Notes under the pieces: generated by a model
What the model saw: the letters and a program-made list of their open reading frames with translations, nothing else
What the model was told of the DNA's origin: nothing
The model's database searches: none
Program-made: the position numbers and the translations under genes
From: Marsupella aquatica
Lineage: Eukaryota; Plantae; Marchantiophyta
Length of the DNA: 64,000 nt
Assembly: GCA_973895155.1 (NCBI GenBank)
Contig: OZ316893.1
Coordinates: 25,716,698-25,780,697 of the forward strand
Reading direction: 5' to 3'
Shown: piece by piece, positions 48,780 through 60,518 of the stretch
Numbering within the stretch: position 1 is the first letter of the stretch
How the letters are laid out: each line of letters starts with the position of its first letter

Positions 48780-51520
48780 TGACTTTCCCTTTATCAAACC
48801 TCCACGAATTCATTAGAGGACGCTACTTGAGATCCTTGTAACTTTGATTTCTCTACGTGTCACCTAGTTTCATGCATCATCATTATTTGCCACTAAAGTC
48901 ATGAAGTTTAGTTGAAAATCATTGCGTGTTCACATAATCGAAATCCAGAACCCAACTGCCACGATCTTTTGTTTACTTTTGCTTGCCACCAGGCATGGAG
49001 GTGGGGTACCCCAGATTTTGCAACGTAAAACCCTGGAATTGCTGCCATCTATCAAGGTTTCATTGCATTGTTGATTTCTATCTATTTACCTCAGTTTTGG
49101 CGAAGTACCCGTTGAACCTAACACAGTAGCTACATGGGTAACACAATCCACTTCAACTAAATGAGTAATCGCTCAGTTTGCATAATTTTGGGGACTTGTA
49201 ATTGACCATCAATAAAAAGTGGCATGCAAATACTTCTAGAAACTACCCCAGTGCCTATCTTTTATGGGCGAGATGCCATGTCGAATTGATGGCTGGCTCA
49301 GAATCCTGTCTAAATCAGCAAATGGCCGCACATTCTATGCTGCAATAAGGGCATAAGATTTATCAAGGCTATTCTACCAGAGATGTCAGGCTTTAGATGC
49401 ATCAAGATCAGCTGGTGTTTCTCTCAGAGATACCAAACATCAAGTAAGTCCTTCGATCGCATGAGTTCTATGCAGTGGATCCATCTACAGTGAGTACATA
49501 CAATCTCGTTGCAATCTTTTGAGTACTTCCTGGAATGAATTACTTTTCTGCAATGGCAGAGGGTTAAGCTTAGAGATTGTGAACAAAATTTTGAAGAAAC
49601 CAGGTTTTTCATATGATATCTAGCACTTTTACGTTTGTTCATACAACAATTGACTCTCTGATCATACTCTGTACAGGACACAGCCATGGGCAGGGAACAT
49701 GTGAGCAGTTATAAGCAAGGAACTAAACGGAAGCTGAGGACCCAACATTCCATTGGCATGAGACATGAAATACCGCAGTTGTGCAAGATAGATGACATGG
49801 AAAACGTGAATCCTACAGATGTAAGCACAAGCAAAACCTTGCTTGGGACAAACAGACAGCCGCACACAGATTCCAAGAATAGCAATTGACATAGGAGGCC
49901 GAATCAGTTGTCAAAAGAATTGGTCAACCTTTCCGACTGATGTTAGTGAGAATGATCCTATTTCATGCTCCAAAAAATTTCACATAGACACTGACTTTCT
50001 CTCTTGACATCTGTGACCGGGGAATCCCATCTTCTGTAGATGAAAGTCTGTGGTGCAAAGTTGAGCAAAGCATTGTTAGGTCCTTTTTCGCTCTCAGGGT
50101 ACAAATCCCTTGTTATTATGTTTTGCGGATGGCTGTTCCCTTGTGAGTAACTGCACCCAAAACACATTGGATCGACCATTTCCCCATCAAATACATAACC
50201 CTCGCGTTGATGTCTTCCAAAGAACTTGTCAATCATCCTTTCTTCATGATTCCTACCTGACTTCCACTGGTGTGAGCACAAGAACAAAGATCTGTTTACA
50301 TATACAAAGACCTAAAAGAACCCTAATTACAGATCCAGCTTGAACATCCTCTTCGAATGTAGTGGGGAAGGTTTTTACGGTCAGAAAAGCTTCAGAATGT
50401 CGCCGACCTGAGAGAGTTCTCTCATGCACCTCTAGCATCCACCGTCAACGTAAGCTTAAACCTCAGAGACAGCAGAGATATTAAATTGCAAGAAGCACGA
50501 GGTGCCAATCACAGGCCATCCTTGCAATTGACATAATGTCTTCAAAGTCTTAGATCTAAAGTGGCTATGAACGAATATTACGCATACAGTCGAGAATGTG
50601 GAACATTCAAACCCTTCTTGATCTTCCTATACATGATACTGTTCGATCGATTTATCTTATCACTACAACGGTTCTCAACAGCAATATTGATCATCAACAT
50701 CAGCAGACGGGGCGCCCACATTCTAAATGAGACCTACCTTATTGAATGGAGCCGATATACTGCAACGTCTGAACCTAACATGACCCAAAGGCGAGGCTAG
50801 CTTATAATCTTTCCGCTAGTGACTTGAACAAGATTCTTCAGCTGCATCAAGAACGTTCCCCCCAGCTCGAGACCCACTCTCTGTCATGGCATCACGCATT
50901 TTCGCAGCTTAATTGGGTCCCATTTCTGGATGGATGACAGGCTGTTCTCTCACGTGTTGGGCACATGTACCACAGTACCCGGCCCTTCACCCTCCCGTCC
51001 GTGCCTTAGGTAGGGAACCCACCCAAAGGGCCGAGGGCAAGACGATCTTCATGCAACTTCACCTAATAAGCTGCCACTCTTTCCTAAAACAATGTGAAAG
51101 GGCCTAACCATCAGGAGTCCCGTGACTGAGCTGTAGGAATTCAATGGTCATCGGTTCGGGATAAGACCCACGACTGTCAGCACTTCCCACGTTTGTGCAC
51201 CAGCACAATTCGATCGGTACGAGGTACAATCTCATGAAACAAGAAATCTCGTAACCGGTGAATTGTACAGAGGATATAGCTAACGTAACGTCTTCCAACC
51301 GAAAAAGTGATCATGTAGACTTCATTCCTACCGGTGCACACCACCATAAGCCGCGACTCGTAATCACAGCAGATCATATCGCTGTCGGGGGCAGTGCAGA
51401 TATGATCTTATCCATAGTTCATCCGACTGCAGGGCAGTTCACCCCTAGGCACCAGTTGGGCGAGCTGGGTGACTCGCTGAGTCACTGGGGCAATTCACCT
51501 CCTGAAATTTTGTTGTTCTA
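48780..51520 (-). pseudogene. Candidate endogenous viral element: decayed bunyavirus-like L protein gene (cap-snatching endonuclease + RdRp core)
   Basis: Colinear degenerate motifs: TPDG...KEWQLI/[E]VK (51118-51057), YLAQLRYF (~49797-49768), EKHQ...DISGRI (49423-49370), INS/DMAS (49290-49271), QGFTLQNLGYPTS (~49035-48995), MTLVANNDDA (48902-48873). Confidence 0.55.
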
Positions 51521-53556
51521 GTAATTATGTCCGTATTCAGGATATCTTCTCGGATTCTGAACTTCCCTGCCGGTTAGTGGGATTCAGAATCTAGCTACTA
51601 TGGATGTACTTAGCGCCGGTTTTGTCCTCGGTCGTCTTTGATTTCAATGGTTTTGAATTTCACTCCTGGCCAGCATTGTTGCTAGGTGTCTAATGTAACT
51701 GGCTTCTAATTGCGAATTTGATGTCTGTCTGGCATCGCTTTTCGATCTCTATCTGACGCCTTATTTTAAGGGGGATTTGGTTTCTGGCCTGCATTGCTTC
51801 TATGGTTTTACAGTTCGAACAAGTTTCACTCTTGAAGCAGAATTGATGCTTTTGCACTCCGCTGACAGGTGATTACAATCGAGACGCATTATGAGCAAAG
51901 GTTCAGAATTGGTTATTATTCTCTAGACTCTAAGAATTTTATCGACGATTCAATGCATTATTGCATGAATTCTACCATCGTGATAAGTAGATAAATCAAT
52001 TACATCCCATCCATGCGTTAGATGCCAGATCTTCGACAATCTTCGGATCTCGAGACAGATTTTCTTTACTCACAGCTGTTCCTTTATTACCATCGAAATC
52101 TACTATAAGAATAGTTCTCGAAGTTATTGAGATGAAACTAAATCTAGCGGAAGCTTTTGACTAACGTACTCGAAAGGTTCCCCTAGATGTCATATCAATA
52201 CCGCTCGTACACCTTTTCTCATAATAGATTTCGATGATAATCAAGGAAATACTCAAATTCCGACGCCAAGAAACCTTTGCATTGATATGACATTTCCAAA
52301 AACAAGAAAGGTTTAAAGTCCAACGCAGACGATTCCTAAGCCATGGATGAATCGGCAGCTGCCAATCGAGGTTACTCCTAAGCAACAGCCACAATTTAAT
52401 GAGATAATATTTACAATTCAGGGTTTTTACCGATCTAGTCATGAATCCCTATTCAGATGAAGTCATCAGCGCTACATTTATAAATGGTGAAGTGCATTTC
52501 TTTGAGAGTAAAAACGTCCTTATACAGTGCTATTACCTGATCAATCGACGTAAAATATATCTATATCTAATCTAGCTATAGATATTCTTGGCCTTGAAAG
52601 TAATCTATCTATAATGGAACTAATAAAAGCCCGAGCGCACAGCCGTAAGACACAAGAGAACAGACAGATAAATCATAATGATCTATGCTATCTAGAATAG
52701 ATATTTCACAACCATCGCAAATAGACTAGCGTGTCTGGAACCGAAGATCTCCATATCTAAACAAACTAAAATCTCCATATCTCCCTGGAGCACTAGAAGA
52801 ATGGGAAGAGTCCATTCATTGCGTCACTCCCTGACCATATGTACGGAGCACCAGGGGCCCAAGTGAGACGTTTCTCGACAAATATTCTCAAACAGACCAT
52901 TAAAATTGGATAGTGGGACATACGCAGGGACACGGAGAATGCTTGAAAGTAGAGATCCTCGAAGATCCTATCCTTGGCCTTCCTTAGGATCCTGCGGTCT
53001 TCAACGAACCCATGATGAGGATCTTGGAGTGCCTGATAATCGTATGTCCAGATTCTTAGAATTCTGGTTAATAAACTTAAAACGATTAATATTGCACCAT
53101 TTTGTACAGAGCAGTGCCACTAAGTGACATGGAGGTTCAGGTCAGAGGAGTGGAACACCCGGCTCTAGCTGTTTAGGTGTGAAATTGACGACACTTGGGT
53201 ATAGGGGTTTATCATGTAACAAAATCGAGGATCGACATCTGCTGGACGATATTCCTCGAACAGCCCCATTTACAGCAATGAAGTTTGGAGACACTCAATC
53301 GATTCAGTGGCGTGAAGTAAATTGGGACACTTCAGTGATCATGGAACTACAATACTCTAGCGGCGAAATCTGGGGCAGTGACCACCTGACGGCTGTTAAT
53401 TCAGTGGCGTAGAACAAAATGTTTAGAAAGTAACACTTAGCAAAACAGGGAACGCGTGCTTCACAAGACATCTCTAACCGGCACCACTGCAGACACTTAA
53501 TCTCCTGGTGTTGAAATAAGTAAGTGGCGTGGACAGTCGGGTGACGTAGCCTCAAA

Positions 53557-53657
53557 ATTGGGGATATTTGGTTGATGGGCCTACTCTTGGAGCAAAGTTT
53601 TGGAGCGAATTGAGGATATTTGGTTGATGCGTCTACTCTTGGAGCAAAATTTGGGAG
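53557..53657. repeat. ~52-bp tandem duplication
   Basis: ggatatttggttgatg(gg/cg)(c/t)ctactcttggagcaaa twice. Confidence 0.85.
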
Positions 53658-56600
53658 TACTGTCTCATGCGAATACCCTGACCAGCCAAGTTAGGGACAC
53701 TGACTGTCAAGTGAGGGACATTGACGACAACTTCAAGACCACCCAGTGGATGGTGACTGCAGTGGCATGGAACAATTGCCTTTCCCTGTAACTACATAGC
53801 GAAACTGGGAGCTCTTTGTTGATCAGACAACTTTCAAAGCCAAAAAGTGACGACAATGGTTACTCCATGGGACGACTCTGGCCCCAAGCAGCGTCATGCA
53901 AAGGGTCAATTAGCAGTAAGCCACCGTTGTACCTTAATGCAACGGAAATCTGGTGGGTTGCATGTCAGAAAGTGGAGGTTTGCTTGAAAGCATGATGATA
54001 GCGGTGACAACGGATGAGCTCAGCTCAGGAGAGTGATTTGTTTGTGGGGCAACAACGCAAAGGCGTCAAACGATTTCTTCTCCTTTTGACCAGCAAGTAC
54101 GTTCAGTGAGACGAATCACTTTCCTGTAGGAATCATATAGTGAGCTCTCGCAATGCTCTGGCTGGCATATCAGATTCAGTCCATTCAACTGCTCCCATTG
54201 ATAGAATGCTAAGACTCATTCCTACTGCGGGAACATTGGATCTTCACATGCATTCCAACTATAGTCCAATATTTGTTGTTTGAAACTAAGGAATCGTAAG
54301 GCTCTCATATCCACTAAAACTAAAAAGAATAGAGTTGAACTTAACTAAAGGGGTGAGATCACTTATATTTGGTAAGAACTAATAATCGGGAGACTACTCA
54401 GGTTACTCTGTATTATTGAGATTTTTTATATGTATTTTTCTTTTGATTTACTTTCCAACAAGGTGCATCCCTTTTTGCTCTTTTTCTTTCCAATTTTAAA
54501 AAGAAGAAACTTTATTTGAGAGGCCATGGCAGTGAAGACCAGCGGACCACAAAGCAAAGCACAACCAAGGGCCAGGATGCCTCCCAGCCAACAGCGAAGC
54601 GCCAAAAGCCACCCCACCAGACCACAAGGGCACCCCTACAAGACAAGGGCCAAAAACAGATTCGCCAGGAGATCATAAGCAAACCTGAGAGATAGGGGGC
54701 CCAGGCCCCTCACCCAAGATGATCAAAGAACATAACAAGTGGTCGAAAGAGGCCACCAAAGCACAGGGCCGCAGCAACACAATGCCCCAATGCCCAAAGC
54801 AGTGACATCGTGGAAGTCCAGCAAAGAACAATAACATTGCCATCTGCAAGAGCTAAGTGTTTTTATTAAGGGTTTTCGCTTTATTTAGCCTTCATTTGCA
54901 GGAAGAAATAGTTAGATGGGGCATCCCCTAGAGTTAGCCACCGGACTCAGCCTGGTATGGCAGCACCAAACCTTCACTTCATGAAAGGCAGCAAGGTGTA
55001 TCCTTTGTAGTTTTGGACTTTGAAATTATTTTTACCCCCCTTTCAATGTTTTTCATTTTCTTTTTTGAGACCCCCTTTAGGTTTATATTTATTTTTCAAT
55101 CTTGCCCATCTTTAATTAGAATATGTTGTTGTATCCTTATATCCAAGTTATATCAAATTGATTATTCATACACTACAAATACCTGGACCCTAAGCTATCT
55201 AATCCCAAGAATGTGATGAAAGCCAAGAGTTGTGAGAAACAAACATTTCACCCCCTCTCCTCATAACTAGAGCTCAGACATCTGTTTCCAAAGTTTATGT
55301 TTTGAGTAACTTATGTTCGCTAACCTAAACCATTATGAGAAAAACATGAGAGACCACCGTGTTTTTGAAAGGGATTCACAATAATCTAGAAGCTTAATAG
55401 TTGTCTACTAGAAAAATGGCATGTGGGGATAGAAATGGGACCAACACTTTGTAAAGGAATAAGCTATGAAGAGAATTTGTTTTGAAAAGGAATAAGCAAA
55501 ATGTTGAGGCACAAGTACCAAGCCATCCAAAACTAATTTTATTCTTATTTTAAAGGGGTTACTAAAAAACCCATCCAAACTCTAAAAAGGAATCAGTAAT
55601 TATTCTTCTCAACATGAGAATCATTTTGAGTGGGAATACTACACAAGACAAACTATTTTACCTTTTTGGGGGGTCTTCACACTTTTAGGTACCTTAAAGA
55701 ATTTTTTTCTCATTTATCTAGACACGCTAGTCCTAAAAGCTTTTAGCTACCATTTAGGGGAGATTATTTAAAGTTGGAGCACCCCTAATTAACCCTATTG
55801 CAAATTCTAGTACGGACACAGATTAATCCAAGAAACTCTACTTTAGGTGGCGTCACCTCAAATGTTACAAATTAGTTCATGAAACTCTTGTTCGTGGCGC
55901 AACCTCAAATGTTACATCATGTTGCTGGCAAATGACAAACTGTCATTAGAAAAACAGATTTCCTATAAGAGTTTTTGTGAGAAAACCAGTTTTGTCCAGG
56001 TCTGATCGCTCTCTGTATTATCTGGAAAATCCAACAGATATATCCTCAATTGTAAGGAACTGGCCTAACTTGAGATATAAGAAAAGTTGCTGTTTCCAAC
56101 TATTGTAGCCACCTGCATACCTTGAAATAGAAGAAAAGCTGTTGGTTTGGACTATTGTATGCCATACTATACTATACATGAGTAGGGTGTTAAGATGTAT
56201 GCTCCCAACTAAGGAGGAAAAGCATGAGGGTTACATTTCAATGCCACCTGACAGGCGAGCCAGTTAAACCCATCACAAGAAACTTACACCCCACACAATT
56301 GGAGCAAAATATTAGAATACAGGGGAGAACAAGGCAGGAGGAAAACCACTGTCAAAGTAGACGAGAAGTGACCCTGAAATTAAGTCACGCACTAACATAT
56401 GATACAATTAAAGTATCACGGGAATGATGAGCATACTCTTTCTATTGAAAATTTTGATTTTTATTCAAAATAAATAAACACCTCTGTCAGCAAAAAGATA
56501 TAGGGGAATGACCATAATATACCACAAATATCTTATTTGTCTGAAAGCATTATTTTGTAATTGACATAGACAATAGAGAAATATATAATCTATGTAGTGC

Positions 56601-56799
56601 AGTGTAACACCTAAGTGATGATGGACCTGAACATAATGAAGTTCCAAAGGTACTATATATTACGCTGCCAAAGAACAAAATGTGCCCAATCGGGAGACAG
56701 TATCCCAAAGGCAAGAAACCCAGCAAAGGGGAGACAACAAGAGAAAAACTCCAGAATATCCAAAGAGCAAAAATCCCTTGACTTCCCTACAACGCCAAA

Positions 56800-57138
56800 G
56801 GGACTAAGGGCCGTCTTGCATGTGCAAGGTCCTTTGATTTTTGGCCCTCAAATGAACCCGTGGCATCTCTAAACAAAGTGACAAGCCGGCAGTCCTGATG
56901 GCGTCTTTGGAGGATATGCAAAGGCAAGGGCCGGAAAATTTCCGGCCCTTGAGGTCCTGAACTTTGAACTTTGAATAAAACAAAATGGTAGTAGATCCCT
57001 GACTCAATAAGCACTTCACACAAAAGGTGTTCTTGATTGTGTTTAGATCTTGGGTCCACGCTTTTCCCACACATCTATGGGCTGCTAAGGGTCACATTTT
57101 TTAGGACTCTTGCACATGCAAGAGAGCCCTAAAGCCCT
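56800..57138. mobile_element. MITE-like element with diverged terminal inverted repeats
   Basis: gggactaagggccgtcttgcatgtgcaaggtcc resembles the reverse complement of ggactcttgcacatgcaagagagccctaaagccc; no coding capacity. Confidence 0.5.
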
Positions 57139-60100
57139 ACTGACCCACAAACTGACAAGCTTGGTAAACCTACTTAAACCGCAGAGCAGTGTTCTAAATT
57201 TGTCTTGAGGCCCTTCAACTTACAGCCTCGGCCCTACGATTGAAGGACTCGACTACGATTGACCCCTGACTGTACCGACAGAGGGATGGAAGGGAGGCGA
57301 AAGGGCAGCAGGTCCACAAGGTCCCTCACTTAGTGCTTTTTGCACTCCCAGGCCCCATCAGTATTTTGTTGCACTTCATGATAGTGAGTCAGGTCTAAAT
57401 AAAAAGCTCGACCTGGGTCAGCATCGGAATCATAAGGCAATGTTGCCAGTCACAGAAGTTTGACATTATGCTCTTTATGGAATGTGTAAGGTTCTTTCAA
57501 ACCCCTATGAAGAATGGCTGGAACCAGATTTTCTTTTAGGGACAAAAATTAGCTACAGTAGATTTCACCTCTCTGAAAATGTCTTGTTGGCCACTTTTGG
57601 TGGAAATTAGCTTCAATTAGCCAGTGTGCCACCTAGCCCCTTGATCCAGAATGTAACTGTCATCCTTGAATCTAAGGAGATCCTACTGGTGGGAAGTAGT
57701 CTAGAAAGATTAGACAAGGATATTAGTAGGATCTACTCCTTCACAAGGTTACATTTGTCACATCTATATAACTAATGCCAAACAGAAGCTAGATTTGGGG
57801 TGAAGACTATAGACCCCAACTCTAGATAAAGACAAAATTAATAAGGCCAAAAACGAATTACAGGGACGGGGCAAAGATGAAGGGAAGAGCATAGGCAAGG
57901 CTTTTTTTTTTGTCTTATCTCTATTTTGAGTTCAAGGAAGGGGCAATTCAGATTCAAGGAAGGAAGGGGCAATTCTCTATTTAAATTGAAGGAAAGGGCA
58001 ACCAGGCTAGTGGATGAAAAAAAGGCAAATATTAAAACTTTGAGTGGCTCCAACCCAATTCAAAGCTACACAAAGAAGACTATACGATACTGTACAAAAG
58101 GTTGCTGTCACAAGATTTGGCGGTGCTTGTTCGTTCTCTGGAACATCCCACACTTTGAACCCAGTCTGGACCCAGTCTGGAGGATGATGTGAACGAAAGA
58201 ACGCACACCTCTTTCGTGGGACGGGGTCAGGGGGCGGAGCAAGAAGCTGCCAATCTACCGAATTCTTGCTGCGAACTCCTAAATCCTAAACAAATACAAC
58301 TTTCATACTACTGCCAAATGGTACCGTGTGCCACAGGTTTGAATGTTCCAGCTGACGCATCTGGAGCACGCAGGTAATTCCCGAACAGAGCCACCATACC
58401 CAATCAAGCTGCATGTCAGCCCATTGCAACGTTTCGTCGAAGAGAAAACGACAATTATCGGAACAAGCACCTAGTGTAATCCCGATGCCAAATCAAGAAG
58501 CAGCCCACGACAATTTGAATGCTTCCTAATAGCGGGCAGTCGACGACGAAGCGAGTCAGAATCCCAAACCGGAGCCACCATGCCAGATCCGGAAGAGCTT
58601 CACACAAATTCGAATCTGGGACTAGCAATTCCAAAACTAGGCCACCATGTCCAATCCCGAAGTACTTCACGGCGAAATGCGGATCCGGGCTCCGCTGAAT
58701 CCTGCTGACAACTGTGTTACACCCATATTACAGTATACGGTTCTCTTGGTGTAACGGAATGGTAATAGAGCTCGGAGTTACAGTAAATGGTGTAAGCGTG
58801 ACGACATTTAATATGATCCAGCCATCGAGAATTCTAGAAGTCACCAAATGGGTCGGTCCGACAATAATAATGTACCGTACAACCCCATGATAGACAATAA
58901 TTAAAACAATAATAAGTTTGCTATTCAGAAAATCACGCTCTCCCAGTCTCCGACCTCTAGTATACAGTTAATGAATAATCTTCATCACTAATTGTCATTA
59001 ATGGGGGGCCTGGCGGCCGTCCTGGGAACCGACAGTTGGGGACGGCCTGGACCTTGAGGAACTCCCCGAGGCAAACAGTGCGAATTACCTCCAAGTCACG
59101 CAGCTGATCCAACGGCAGATATGGGACACCCACTTCATGGAGGCCCCCGAAGCCGTAGATTGGTGAAGAACGCAGGTCTGAAAACGGCGTTGTGGCCGCG
59201 CAGTTCCACCACTTGCACTCTTGCAGGTCCTGATTTAGATGGTGGACCCGATACCGTAGTCAAGGCTCAGTTCCCGACGGCTTTAGGACCCGACCCACGT
59301 CCTTACTGTGTATGCTTACCGTAAGCCCCAGGCCGAGAGGAGTAAACATGATTTTCTGTTTCTAAGACGTTGGATTTCCTTGATCGACGGACACGTTTGA
59401 CTGGGCCCCTATGTACAGCAGGATGTGGTACCATGGCAGTGCTACCCTCATGTTCCGAAAGATTGACTGTCACGCCTGTACCGTCGAGAGTACCATTTTG
59501 AGGACAGGGCGAAGGGCGCTCGCCCGCCGGGCAGGTACTGTCCTCGGGTTGGGGGATCGCGACGGTCGCGATTCGCGCATGAGACTGACGACAGTCCGAC
59601 AGGGCCAGTGCGGCACGTCCGAGCTGGAGTTGGGTGTTGGGGCCAGGGCCAGTATGGGGTTCACGTTTATTCATGTTACCCACTAAAATATAATCCACAC
59701 CATGCCTCGGCCGGCTACTCAAGATACTCGGCAATAAGTGGTAAGTGTTATTTACTAAGTTAAACCCCCAAGTCTGCACGAATTTTTGTGTGATGCGAGC
59801 ATACAAGAATTCTTGATAAGAGTAGAGTACGGTTGTGCATATTCAATACTCTAGATGGCAAAAGAGGAGTCCCAAAATTGTGCTGTACTAACCAGATTTT
59901 GGCTCTCTAAATATTAACTGCTTGTGAAGTGTGATTTTTCTACTCATATCAGGAAATATTTCCCTTGTCTGCTCGCACTCCACAATTACACCAAACTACA
60001 CACTCTACCTTCTTAATTAAGTTACTCTCAATAATAATTTCATTAGTAAGCTGTCCCCTTGGATCAATCGAACTACCTTGGGTTCAATCCATCTATTTGA

Positions 60101-60518
60101 GTTATTTAAGTTTGGTTGATTCCTTCCAAGGAGGCAGTATAAAGATTAGATTAGTTTTGGTGCAATTTTGTAGCTTTGCTCATTTAAGGGTGACATAGTA
60201 AAACTGGTAATTGCAAGAAACTATCCTGACTGTCCCTGATCTAAATGAAGATGAGGACATTCAAATATATTGTTCTTTCATCAATTTGGGTTCAACTGAT
60301 TTCCTTTGATTCCTCACATGTTATGTCATTTAGAAACTCAGTCTTCCCCCTATCCCCTTTTTCCACCCGCACCCTCAACTTACTTGCGTCTTGAGAGTCA
60401 GCCTAGATGCTTCACTCTAAACCATGCGTCACGAACAGTAGGTTCACTTTGCAATTATACAATTGGATTGGAATATTTACGGTTTAACGTGTTTTTAACT
60501 CTATCATGCACCTCGGGA

